Source of the DNA: Candidatus Heimdallarchaeota archaeon
GTDB taxonomy: Archaea; Asgardarchaeota; Heimdallarchaeia; Hodarchaeales; Hodarchaeaceae
Assembly: GCA_048881705.1 (NCBI GenBank)
Contig: JBHLSH010000004.1
Coordinates: forward strand, 5,410 to 69,409
DNA length: 64,000 bases
Direction: 5' to 3'
Made by a program: the position numbers and the translations under genes. Under the pieces are notes generated by a model. It saw only the letters and a list, made by a program, of their open reading frames with translations. It ran no database searches and was not told where the DNA came from. Below are positions 9,688 through 19,592 of the stretch, piece after piece. Numbering within the stretch: position 1 is the stretch's first letter; the number at the start of each line of letters is the position of its first letter.

Positions 9688-11607
9688 TCAACTTATTATT
9701 TGAGGAATGCGAACGGTAAATGTACTTCCAACATCTAATTCAGAATGAACTGTTATATCGCCTCCATGCGCATCGACAATCGCCTTAGAAATAAATAGAC
9801 CAAGACCAGTCCCCTTTGAGGAATATTTAGATGATCTATGGAAGAAAGGCGTGAATAAAATCGGGATATCACACTGCTCTATTCCACATCCAGAATCCCT
9901 TACAGCGATATTGAAACCTCCCTCTTGCAGGGTAAACAATATTTCTACAACACTAGATTCTGGCGAATGTTTTACTGCATTGCTCACCAGGTTATGGACA
10001 ACCTGCATAAGAGACTCTTCATCTATGAGCAAAGATAGTTTCTCAGGATCCTTGATTGAACTCGTGACTGATATCTCTCTATCGGAGTATAGAAATTGAA
10101 CATCCTTTTGGACTGCCTTATAGAACTTAGAAAAAGGTACTGGCTGTAGCGTCACAGCAAATTGACCAGCCCTGATTCTGCTAGTATCATGGACAGAGTT
10201 TATGGATCTAGTCAATCTAAAGAGGTTTTTTCTCATTACTTGATTGATCTGTTCAAGTCTTGTTTTTAGTGTAGAGGTAGGTTCTTTCTCCAAAATTCTT
10301 TCAATTAGATCCGAATATCCTGTCAACACTGTTACTGGAGTTCGAAGCTCGTGTGAGGTCATAGCGATAAATAACTCTTGTAACTGCTTAAATTCCTGTT
10401 CCCTTTCTTTACGACCGGTACTGTCAATTAACGTGATGAAATCTGCGGGTTTTCCACCAAAAACTATCGTTTTTGAGTACTGGTCAACCCACCGTATATC
10501 ACCGTCCTTGGTCATGAGACGATAAGAGTAATTGGTGATTATCCCATCCTCTTCACCTAGTTGCTTTTTACGAGCTTGGTCTGCTGCAAATTCCAGATCC
10601 TCCGGATGAATTCGATCAGTGAAATCATCTGGAAAGTTCCAGCTCATCATTTCATCAATCGAATAACCATTAATCCTTGCTATGGATTCATTTACGTATT
10701 TAAGGCGATTATCCTGAATTATCGCAATCCCCAGGAGAGACTGCTCTGAAATAACCCTTAAAATGTCTTCTTTCTCTCCGATAGGCGTTTCCATAAAGGC
10801 CATAACACCCAATTTGTATTCATCAAAAACGCCAGGCAGAGAAAACGTTCTATACATCAATATAGGGAATAAAAAGATGCAAAAGGCAGATAAAAGGCTT
10901 GGAGAGAGAACCTGAATAGTGTAACCAGAAGCCAGGATGATGTTAGCAATCGTAAAGAGTAGAGTGTGCTGTAATTTCTCCGAATGGACTCCTTCCCTGC
11001 GTACAACCCGAAAAAACAACATGACGAAAAATAAGACACTTGTATATACGGGAATTAAGAAAAGAATCAGTGTAAAACTGTGAAACCCAGGGTGAGCATA
11101 CTGCCAAACGTCAGGTTGGCGAATCCATATGTATGGTAATGTAAAGTAGAAATAAACATAGAAGATCTCCCATAATGCCACGAAGTACCCGATTTTCAGA
11201 AATTTCGACCCTAGGAAATAAAGAATAAACATATTGCTCGCAAGGACGGCAATAGCGGAAAAGAAAATCGCAAGGGATACAATCACCCTTGCGAATTGCG
11301 CAATTATTTGATTTTCAAGATCGGGGAGAGGCCCCAAAGGGTATTCACTCAAAGGGAAGGATATTTCGAGCAAGATTTGCTCAATCAGAAGCAAAGAAAG
11401 AGCAATTCCAGCTGTACCAAGAAGGAGAACATACCAAAGGACATGGGTATCGTTTTTCAGATTTCTTTTGCGTGATCCGCTTAACGAAGCGCCAAAGTAA
11501 AGAAAACATGAAATGAAGATTAATAGAACGTATAATAACCGAAAAACTAGATCTGTTTCCGCCACATTTGCACCAAGCTTTTTTGACGAATAGTTATGAC
11601 GATACAA
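9688..11607 (-). CDS. Membrane sensor histidine kinase (about 7 TM + PAS + HisKA + HATPase_c)
   Basis: Hydrophobic N-terminal region; PAS HPED; SHELRTP; NLVSNAVK, DSGCG and GTGLGL boxes; start uncertain. Confidence 0.92.
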   Translation of the reverse strand: MYRHNYSSKKLGANVAETDLVFRLLYVLLIFISCFLYFGASLSGSRKRNLKNDTHVLWYVLLLGTAGIALSLLLIEQILLEISFPLSEYPLGPLPDLENQIIAQFARVIVSLAIFFSAIAVLASNMFILYFLGSKFLKIGYFVALWEIFYVYFYFTLPYIWIRQPDVWQYAHPGFHSFTLILFLIPVYTSVLFFVMLFFRVVRREGVHSEKLQHTLLFTIANIILASGYTIQVLSPSLLSAFCIFLFPILMYRTFSLPGVFDEYKLGVMAFMETPIGEKEDILRVISEQSLLGIAIIQDNRLKYVNESIARINGYSIDEMMSWNFPDDFTDRIHPEDLEFAADQARKKQLGEEDGIITNYSYRLMTKDGDIRWVDQYSKTIVFGGKPADFITLIDSTGRKEREQEFKQLQELFIAMTSHELRTPVTVLTGYSDLIERILEKEPTSTLKTRLEQINQVMRKNLFRLTRSINSVHDTSRIRAGQFAVTLQPVPFSKFYKAVQKDVQFLYSDREISVTSSIKDPEKLSLLIDEESLMQVVHNLVSNAVKHSPESSVVEILFTLQEGGFNIAVRDSGCGIEQCDIPILFTPFFHRSSKYSSKGTGLGLFISKAIVDAHGGDITVHSELDVGSTFTVRIPQIIS

Positions 11608-11982
11608 TTATTTAAGGGATGTCCAATCAAAGTGTAAAGGTACTATCTCTAAGCCTCCGTCAGTCTTTTTCTTCCACAAGCCGTGATTTCCGAAGTTGAC
11701 GGAAATAGCACCTTGCTGTAGCATGATTGTTTTCGGAGTTATGTCACCCTTCTAGAGATACGGTAGCTGATGGTACAAAGAAAGAAATTGAAAGCGAGAT
11801 CATCAATACTGCCTAAGCGGTCCTAAGCTAGAACAACGTACATGACCATAATACAACTGTAAACCCATTTTTTATCAAATTGAGCCTTCTTAGCAGAAAT
11901 TCCTAATGATGTGACAGAAGATGGATTTCGATTTAGTAATAACGTATGTTAGAGTTGTAAACCCTTGGGGGCATAGTATTAC

Positions 11983-13713
11983 CTAAAAGATGCCTATTAA
12001 AGCTATCATAATCGGAGTAAAGAGTAAAGTAATTACTGCTAACCATCTAGCCTGCTGAGGGATGTCAAATTTAATCTCTAGTTTAGTAATATCATCAACA
12101 AATCCCTCAGATTGAGTGAAAACCCCTCTATCCCCGATCCAAGATGCTAATGTCTCTGAATATGTTCCCTCGAATCGTCTTTGAAGTTCAATAATGCCGT
12201 GCCGTATTCGAGGATGATCTCGATCGACCAATGCTATGACTCGGGTAAAGACCCCATCTTCCAAGATTATTTCTCGATCGCCTCGCTTTATGGATCGTAA
12301 CTCGGTATCTTCAGAATCCAACTCCTTTGAAACACTAGAAACCGCAGAGAGATATCCAGAGATCAGCGCTTCGTCAGAATGGAAAAAACTTAGTTTAGAA
12401 GCAATAGGGATTCCTTCGGGGTGTTTAACTATGAGAACGTCATAGACCTGTGTAGGGGAATAATTCAAGATAACAAGGGCAAGAACGATTAGTACAATAT
12501 ATATGACTGCATTGATAAAGGCGAAAAGCTCAGGAGGATAAGCAATAGGGTTAGCAACTATATGCTCAAGGATCCCTGGTATGAAAAACGAAATAAAGAA
12601 GAAGAGAATAGTAATGCCAGCTAAGTACATCAGACTGGTGTTTTTTCTTGATTTCTTCTTAAATACCGTTAAGAAATCTTGAACACCCAATCTAATGGTT
12701 GAAAAGTCATCCCTTTTTACGAGAAACCATAATCCAATTATTAAGATTAGTAAGAAGTAAGGGATTAGCATAAAAACGTGAGCAGAAGTTGGTAGGGACG
12801 CAAAAATCAATGAATTGGTTGCCCTTATTATCGTAAGTCCAACATTGAAAACGAAATTAAGGGTAAATGGCAACACTACTGATCCTGTCTCAGAAAAAGC
12901 ACTAAATGAAATATACAAAATAAAAAAGAAAGATATAGCCATTCCCCAAAAGATTGGATCCAAAATGGCTCGAGGAAGTTGAGCCAACTTATCTGGGCCG
13001 TCAATCATAAAGAAGAAGATCAGGTAGATTACATAAAAGATGGTGGAGATCAAATTTGCCACCCCTGTGGAAAATCGTGCCTTGAATGAATTGTAGACAT
13101 AACTGAAGAAGAAAAACCCCGCAGATAACGGCCAAAGAAAACCCATCTCGATGAACCCGAAATAATACTCTGCATATAGCTGAACTGGCGTGAAAAGGGT
13201 ACCCTGTTTGTGATAAGCATGGAAAAAGAACATGGCCGTGAGATCGCCTCCCGAGGATACGAAAACCACTGGCGAAAGAATTGTAAAGAAAACAATGATA
13301 CCTAGTATCCCTAAAACGATCGCGCGCCGAAGAAGGCTAATCGTATTGTACTTCTGGGTTTTGTATGTATAACCTAGTTGACTCCAAGACCACCCGTCCC
13401 GTGATCGACGAATCCATAGACCAAAGAAGAGTGAAATTGAGAATAAGAGAACGTTAAACACTAGCGTGATTTGCACAATCACTCCGAAGTTACCTCCATC
13501 GAAACTCCCATATCCACGCTCCCCTAGAAACCCATCCGCGATGGGTCTGTACAAATCTAATACTCCTTCTAATAACGCCGAATTAACCAGCGTTATAAGC
13601 GTGAAACAAATTAGAAAGATGAAACTAATCTCAAGGATTTGAATGAATTGATCTAGTTTTGTTGCTTCAATCGAGGGGATTCGTGATTCGAAACTCGGTT
13701 CGAGGGTCGTCAT
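11983..13713 (-). CDS. CPBP (type II CAAX protease)-like polytopic protein with degenerate active site, fused to a longin-like domain
   Basis: W-SQLG, ANLISTIF and TGSVVLP...N CPBP scaffold; C-terminal GIPI...LISGYLSAVSS...IILE...FE longin pattern; terminal TM. Confidence 0.65.
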   Translation of the reverse strand: MTTLEPSFESRIPSIEATKLDQFIQILEISFIFLICFTLITLVNSALLEGVLDLYRPIADGFLGERGYGSFDGGNFGVIVQITLVFNVLLFSISLFFGLWIRRSRDGWSWSQLGYTYKTQKYNTISLLRRAIVLGILGIIVFFTILSPVVFVSSGGDLTAMFFFHAYHKQGTLFTPVQLYAEYYFGFIEMGFLWPLSAGFFFFSYVYNSFKARFSTGVANLISTIFYVIYLIFFFMIDGPDKLAQLPRAILDPIFWGMAISFFFILYISFSAFSETGSVVLPFTLNFVFNVGLTIIRATNSLIFASLPTSAHVFMLIPYFLLILIIGLWFLVKRDDFSTIRLGVQDFLTVFKKKSRKNTSLMYLAGITILFFFISFFIPGILEHIVANPIAYPPELFAFINAVIYIVLIVLALVILNYSPTQVYDVLIVKHPEGIPIASKLSFFHSDEALISGYLSAVSSVSKELDSEDTELRSIKRGDREIILEDGVFTRVIALVDRDHPRIRHGIIELQRRFEGTYSETLASWIGDRGVFTQSEGFVDDITKLEIKFDIPQQARWLAVITLLFTPIMIALIGIF

Positions 13714-13804
13714 CTTGGTTCCTCATCAAACACTGCAATCAAAAATGCGGATTTAAAAGTCAATTGATTCCAGCTTCTTAAAGCAAATATAAAGTCCAGT
13801 CTAT

Positions 13805-14641
13805 GTGAAGCTACGGCAGACATCGGTGATTTTCTTGCTAGATCTAATATCGGATTTTGAAAGCGATTTACAATGCCCAAAATGCGGCGGTAATCTGCAA
13901 CTCCAACGAAAAACCAGTAGTATTCGATGTCAGAACAACGATTCCCATAACTTCCAAATCATTGATGAGATCCCACGATTTGTGGAACAGAATGAAATTT
14001 CTCCTGAAGATGCAAAATGGGTATTTGATTACGATCAACGTGCGGAATCGTATGATGCTGCACTTGAGTTTTACAATGAAAAGTTGGGAACACACCTTCG
14101 TGACTCTTATCTAGAACTTGCGGATCACCTCCCTGTTCAGGAAAACCAATCAATTCTCGATGTATCAGTAGGAACTGGAAATGTGAATCTGGCGATAAAG
14201 CAAGTGTATCCCAATTTAAGGTTGAAGTTGGCAGGGATCGACCTTTCCATCGGATTTTTACAGGTGGCTCTTGAGAAGTTTAAGAAAGGCGGGATTCAGA
14301 GTCTGTTGCTGCATTCGCAAGTAAACTCTCTTCCATTCAAAAATAACAAATTTGACATAATTACACACTCAGGTGGGATCAATACTTTTTCAAACATTCC
14401 AAGAACTCTAACGGAATGGGTTCGGGTGCTAAAACCTGAGGGGACACTTGTTTTCGTTGACGAAGGCCTTTCACCGGCGGTACGCAAAACAGAACGAGGG
14501 GAATCCATTCTTAAATGGAACACCTTATTTTCTGCAAAACCTCCCCTTGATGACCTTCCGTTTAATGTTAAGAACATAAAACTTTGGTGGACCGCTAGAG
14601 GAACTTTTTATGTTATTATTTGCCAAAAAGGGGAAATTTAA
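13805..14641 (+). CDS. Class I SAM-dependent methyltransferase with N-terminal Trm112-like Zn ribbon
   Basis: CPKC...C and IPRF at the N-terminus; LDVSVGTG motif I, GIDLS, LPF...FD, VLKPEG. Confidence 0.85.
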   Translation: MKLRQTSVIFLLDLISDFESDLQCPKCGGNLQLQRKTSSIRCQNNDSHNFQIIDEIPRFVEQNEISPEDAKWVFDYDQRAESYDAALEFYNEKLGTHLRDSYLELADHLPVQENQSILDVSVGTGNVNLAIKQVYPNLRLKLAGIDLSIGFLQVALEKFKKGGIQSLLLHSQVNSLPFKNNKFDIITHSGGINTFSNIPRTLTEWVRVLKPEGTLVFVDEGLSPAVRKTERGESILKWNTLFSAKPPLDDLPFNVKNIKLWWTARGTFYVIICQKGEI

Positions 14642-14912
14642 AACCTTGATATTACTATTCAAGCCTCTCCAAAAAGACCGAGCTTATGCACTCCCATTTC
14701 CTCCTTTTTTCGGCATTATCCTGGAAACTAGGCAAATTCATGAGCGTTTCTCTTGAGTTGTGCTTTCCCTCAAAAACTGAAAATCACGGACTATTGCTGT
14801 GAATCGTAGTGTTGGTAAAATAAATCCCTCATTATGAGCATTCTAGGAAACAGGGGAATTAACCACGGATTCAGATTTTGAACTGTACCCGATTTAAAGG
14901 AAAGACAAGAAA

Positions 14913-15437
14913 ATGGAGCAAATTAAACTCACTAAACCTGAAGGATTAGATCCTCGTACGGCCACATGGGTTGCAGAAATGAACGAAGTACGCCAGCGAT
15001 TAATTACAATTATTGAAGATCTCGATGAAGCTGCAATCGATTTTACTCCCGATGAGCGGAGAATTGAAACAATCGGGACACTCTTATTTCACATCGCTGC
15101 AATAGAATTCTCATGGATATTTGAAGATATTTATGGAGAGGAATTTGAGGAAGAGGAGTGGAAATATGCCTTTGCCTTGCGGCCCAACGTGAATATACCA
15201 CAGATAAAAGGAAAAACAAAGGATTATTATATAAAAAGACTCGCAAATGTCCGAGAAAGGGTATTAGTGGTAATTCCCAAAGAAACAAACCTCGATCGCC
15301 TTGTACTCTCCGATGATAGTGCTTATTTTAGCATTGAGTGGATCCTTTTTCATCTTATTGAACATGAAGCAATGCACATTGGCCAGATATTGTTCTTGAA
15401 GAGACTATACGCGTTGTCTTTAGAGAAGGATGCCTAA
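14913..15437 (+). CDS. DinB/YfiT superfamily protein
   Basis: IGTLLFHIA...HLIEHEAMHIGQI His triad. Confidence 0.85.
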   Translation: MEQIKLTKPEGLDPRTATWVAEMNEVRQRLITIIEDLDEAAIDFTPDERRIETIGTLLFHIAAIEFSWIFEDIYGEEFEEEEWKYAFALRPNVNIPQIKGKTKDYYIKRLANVRERVLVVIPKETNLDRLVLSDDSAYFSIEWILFHLIEHEAMHIGQILFLKRLYALSLEKDA

Positions 15438-15487
15438 TCCCAGATTTGGGCTTGATTTGAAGTTATGAAACTTATGGAAGACCTATT

Positions 15488-15943
15488 ATGGTATTAAAGT
15501 TCGTTTTAGAAGCTCTCGGGCGCCATTTTGATGAAACACGAATTTTACTGAAACAGCTTACAGATGAGAATATTCAATCCAAACCAGTTGATACTGGCCG
15601 ACCCCTAGGCGAAATAATTTTACATATGATTCGTGCTTTCGAATTCTACTCAAGAGGGGTGGCCACGGGCAAATGGGAACCCCTATCCTACAATTTGAAG
15701 AAGTATAGCGATGTTAAGGCCATTCAGATGCTTTATGAAGATGTGGTGAGAAAGACAAGGGCCTTTTTGGCTGAAATAACTCCCACTGGTGCAATGAAAA
15801 CGATTTCACCGTCCACAAATTCGGCACCTGCGATAGCATTCCTTTTAGAGATGTTAGAACACTCCATTCAACATCGAGGCCAAATTCTTGTTTATTACCG
15901 TCTACTCGGAATAGAACCAAGATCGATTCCTTACCTCATTTAA
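15488..15943 (+). CDS. DinB/YfiT superfamily protein
   Basis: LGEIILHM...EHSIQHRGQI. Confidence 0.85.
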   Translation: MVLKFVLEALGRHFDETRILLKQLTDENIQSKPVDTGRPLGEIILHMIRAFEFYSRGVATGKWEPLSYNLKKYSDVKAIQMLYEDVVRKTRAFLAEITPTGAMKTISPSTNSAPAIAFLLEMLEHSIQHRGQILVYYRLLGIEPRSIPYLI

Positions 15944-16109
15944 TCAATCCAATGAATTTGTTTTCCAGCGAGACGAACCGAATCTTCAATATTTGGAAAA
16001 GTAGTTCATCATGTTACGCAGAAAGATGGTTTTTCCTCTCCGTTTCAAAATATAAAGCGTAATTGCATCTCTCACCCATTAACAAGGCTGAAATGAATTG
16101 AAAACCGTT

Positions 16110-16442
16110 TTATGACGTATCGATCCCCAGTAATTCAACCTCAAATATAAGCGTTGCATTGGGGGGAATAACGTTTCCGGCTCCCCTCTTTCCGTATGCT
16201 AATTCTGGTGGGATAGTGAATCTATATTTACTCCCAACGTTCATTGAAAGAACACCCTGATCCCATCCCTTAATCACGCGTCCTATTCCTACTTCAAATA
16301 CAAATGGTTCCCCACGGTCTACACTACTATCAAACTTCTTTCCATCCGTAAGCCATCCAGTATAATGGACACGACATCTATCGCCTTTCTTCGGTGTCGG
16401 CCCTGTTCCTTGGGTTAATATCTCAGTCTGTAGATCAACCAT
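16110..16442 (-). CDS. FKBP-type peptidyl-prolyl cis-trans isomerase (single domain, FKBP12-like)
   Basis: [37 protein letters not shown]. Confidence 0.96.
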   Translation of the reverse strand: MVDLQTEILTQGTGPTPKKGDRCRVHYTGWLTDGKKFDSSVDRGEPFVFEVGIGRVIKGWDQGVLSMNVGSKYRFTIPPELAYGKRGAGNVIPPNATLIFEVELLGIDTS

Positions 16443-16574
16443 ATTTGTGTTTACTCCTCGTTACTTGTTGTGCTAATTTCGTGGCTTTGATTCCATTGCT
16501 TTAGTAATAACACATTTATTTATGGATGTGAATGTATAATCCATTTGATTTTTGAAGCGCATTGAACCTGATTA

Positions 16575-17246
16575 TTATTCTTTTTCAAAGCATTTTTTGA
16601 TACGACTTTCCCACTTCTGTCCCTCGAGTAAAATACTTGCAATGCCAAGGAGAGTGACGAGACCCTCGATTTGTTTCCATTCAAGCTTATCTATGGTTTC
16701 TGAAAGCTCCTTTCCACTTTTCTCTTCTGCAACCAAAATAGATCTCTGTGTAAGCTCTGTTTCTTCTTCAAAAAACTTAGACAATACTTCAATCAGGCAA
16801 TTGAGAGAGGAAACTGTAGTGTCGAGTCTTTTTTCTAGAATATGGGCTAGTACTTCGTGCATTTCGCTATGATCTTTGATTATCTCTTTCTTTGTCCGCC
16901 CCTTGATTGGAAAGAAGATTTTTGCGGACCGCATGAACAAGGTTTGAGTTTTATGCTTCCTCTCTGGGGTCAAGTAGACCCTTTTTCCACCTTGTACCAC
17001 TAGTTTTTTTCCTTCTAGCTTCTTTAAATATCGATATATTGTTTTTGTAGATCTGTCCAGACTTTTTTCGCGAAGTGCCCCCTGAATTTCGGGTACAGTG
17101 TGTGGTCCCGTCCTGAGTATTGATAAAACCATCATATGATTTTGATCATCGAATAGATTTATGGTCTCAGGATCATTGATCTCCTGAATGATTGGTTGAG
17201 TAAACGTGATAGCATCTTGGTATTTTTCTGATTGGTCGATTGACAT
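16575..17246 (-). CDS. Winged-helix (ArsR-like) transcriptional regulator
   Basis: ILRTGPHTVPEI...KTIYRYLKKLE..KLV helix-turn-helix and wing; ATG 17246 chosen (ORF track 17276). Confidence 0.7.
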   Translation of the reverse strand: MSIDQSEKYQDAITFTQPIIQEINDPETINLFDDQNHMMVLSILRTGPHTVPEIQGALREKSLDRSTKTIYRYLKKLEGKKLVVQGGKRVYLTPERKHKTQTLFMRSAKIFFPIKGRTKKEIIKDHSEMHEVLAHILEKRLDTTVSSLNCLIEVLSKFFEEETELTQRSILVAEEKSGKELSETIDKLEWKQIEGLVTLLGIASILLEGQKWESRIKKCFEKE

Positions 17247-17412
17247 TGGACTCTCAAACCTACACACACGATTCACAAGTAGCGTGGTTCTTCAGTTTTT
17301 GCCGCAACACAACAATATAAAAAATCTCATGGATATGGGTAACTAATTCTCATGATGATGAGATTTTATCTGGGTCAAATCAAAAACGTAACATCTAGGA
17401 AGAAATAAGACG

Positions 17413-18327
17413 ATGACGAAATTTCAATATTGGGAACCTGAAAAAGGCCTCGAAGAAATTCAAGCAAACATCTATAACACAAACAATCCTGAGCAACAAC
17501 CCGCTACAGCCAAACAAATACGCGAACGATTTGAAGGAGAGAAAAATTTCGATCCTAAGACCGTTCGTTACGCTTTTTCTGATGATGGAAAACCTTTGGC
17601 ATATATCCAGGCAAGGGATTATGACCAAGTAAAGGAAACTCATCTTGGTTATCCCTGGGCACTGGATGGATGCCCGGCTGATGTGCAACACAGATTATTT
17701 GATGAAACGTTAGAATATCTTAAGCAACGTGAAATAGCGAAGAAATATGCAATCCGCATGAATGCTGGGATAGAGCAGAAAAACGTTCTAAGTTTTTTTA
17801 AGGAAAAGGGACTGCAGGAAGTATCTAAGAATTATCGATACAATGTCGATCTAACAAAGCTCAGTGAACAGGTGAATGACACACGTTTTACCGTGCGTAA
17901 GGGAACGAAGGAAGATATCGGATTACTGGTAGACCTTATAAAAGCAGATGGAAGGTACTCGGACCAGTTGTCCTCAGATGCCGAGATTGAGAAATATTTC
18001 TCAGAACGAGTCATCCCAGCGGATCACGCTATTCTAGTATTCGACGGAGAAACACTTGTGCAGGCGACAGCGCCTTTATTGTTCACACAACCTGGGGATG
18101 ATGAAGAACGGCTAATTTTGCGGTTCCATGGTCGACGCCCAGAAACAGCACCTTCCGCATGGAAACCACTTCTAATTGGGGTTGCACAAGAGTGCCTAGA
18201 AACGAATTACGGGACAGATAAACCTCTTTCGGTTTACCATGGTTCGACTGATCCCTCAGAAGAATTGGATTTTACCCTTTCACTTTCTCCAGCGAAAGAA
18301 GTCACAGGATATTCATTTGGGGTTTAG
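17413..18327 (+). CDS. GNAT-fold protein (probable tandem GNAT domains)
   Basis: LAYIQAR...LGYPW strand pattern, FFKEKG, second domain starting VRKGTKEDI. Confidence 0.55.
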   Translation: MTKFQYWEPEKGLEEIQANIYNTNNPEQQPATAKQIRERFEGEKNFDPKTVRYAFSDDGKPLAYIQARDYDQVKETHLGYPWALDGCPADVQHRLFDETLEYLKQREIAKKYAIRMNAGIEQKNVLSFFKEKGLQEVSKNYRYNVDLTKLSEQVNDTRFTVRKGTKEDIGLLVDLIKADGRYSDQLSSDAEIEKYFSERVIPADHAILVFDGETLVQATAPLLFTQPGDDEERLILRFHGRRPETAPSAWKPLLIGVAQECLETNYGTDKPLSVYHGSTDPSEELDFTLSLSPAKEVTGYSFGV

Positions 18328-18699
18328 CATCACCAAGGTAGATCCCCCTCTGCATTTTTTTTTCATTAACAGTAATCAACTAGCAAAAAGGCATGACTTC
18401 CTACAATCCAGGCAAATGCCAAGGTTTTTGTTTGCAACCCGATTTCTTAGGTTTTGGAAATGGAAACAATACTTCTGGGTATCCAAATAAATTATGAAAA
18501 CGAAATTAATGTTTGAGTTGTGTAGAAAGCTATCCTTGATCACCATTCGACATTTCAAAAGCAATTTCATGAAGATGATTATGGGAACCTGCTCTCCACG
18601 GAATCTTTAAGGCGGCAAAATGGTTTTCCTTACATTTCGAAATCACACTAGATAGGTTTATATGCTCTTTTCCCAACCGAGTAGAGAGGAAAAAAGCTT

Positions 18700-18966
18700 A
18701 TGTTTATCGTCAGCATTTTGAAATGGCTTATATTGCTTGCAATCGGATTTATTTTGGGAGCTGTTGTAGGAGCCGCTGTTTTATCAGAAAGTCAGGAAAT
18801 GGGCATCTTTTTAGGAGGAATTGTTGGATTGGCCGCATCACAAATACTTCAAGTTCGAGGTAATAAGAGTGAACTTGATCCAAAAACGAGAAGACGTTAC
18901 ATGGAGGGTGCAGCGGCACAACAACAGCGACAACGACTACGTCAACAGCAGCAGCGACGACGTTAG
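18700..18966 (+). CDS. Small two-TM protein with Q/R-rich tail
   Basis: Two Gly-rich TM helices, then AAAQQQRQRLRQQQQRRR. Confidence 0.6.
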   Translation: MFIVSILKWLILLAIGFILGAVVGAAVLSESQEMGIFLGGIVGLAASQILQVRGNKSELDPKTRRRYMEGAAAQQQRQRLRQQQQRRR

Positions 18967-19067
18967 AAGTATAAATCTAAATTCTAAGGTTTACGGGTAT
19001 ACCGAACACATATTACAGAGATTCGAGTTGAATCAGGCAGGAAATGATTTTATAGACTAGAACCTGT

Positions 19068-19577
19068 TCATTCCTCCTTCTTGATCGAGATCTCTTTTTC
19101 TATGTAATAATCACGAAAGGCTGGTAGTATTTCGATTATAAGTAAGTATGTTCCATAGATAAATGAAAAAATAAAAAAACCGCCAATTTCAAGCCAGTCC
19201 AAAGCCACCCTTTCCAAAAGTAAAGTGGTCAACCCCATAAATAGCCCAGAAAGTCCCAAAATGTTCACAACAATCATAAATGCTCTAAGATGAACATTAA
19301 ACCGAAGGAAAGGATCTTTTGTCCTTCTAGCCTTTGGAAGTATACGAAAGTGAACGAAACCAACCACTATTACGCATACGAGTATCAAAACAATTACCAA
19401 ATTTGAATGTAAGGCAAGAAAATCACCAGAAGGTTGCGGAAAGATCATTTGAACTACCAAAAGAACGAACAAGCTCAAAAAACTAGTCAACCATACAAGA
19501 AATAGCAGCAGTTTCCGGAATTTAACTATACTCTGGGTGATTTCGGTCTCTCTGTTCGAACCACCCATTCCAATCAC
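19068..19577 (-). CDS. Hypothetical four-TM membrane protein
   Basis: Four hydrophobic segments. Confidence 0.6.
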   Translation of the reverse strand: MIGMGGSNRETEITQSIVKFRKLLLFLVWLTSFLSLFVLLVVQMIFPQPSGDFLALHSNLVIVLILVCVIVVGFVHFRILPKARRTKDPFLRFNVHLRAFMIVVNILGLSGLFMGLTTLLLERVALDWLEIGGFFIFSFIYGTYLLIIEILPAFRDYYIEKEISIKKEE

Positions 19578-19592
19578 TGAATGATACGCGCT

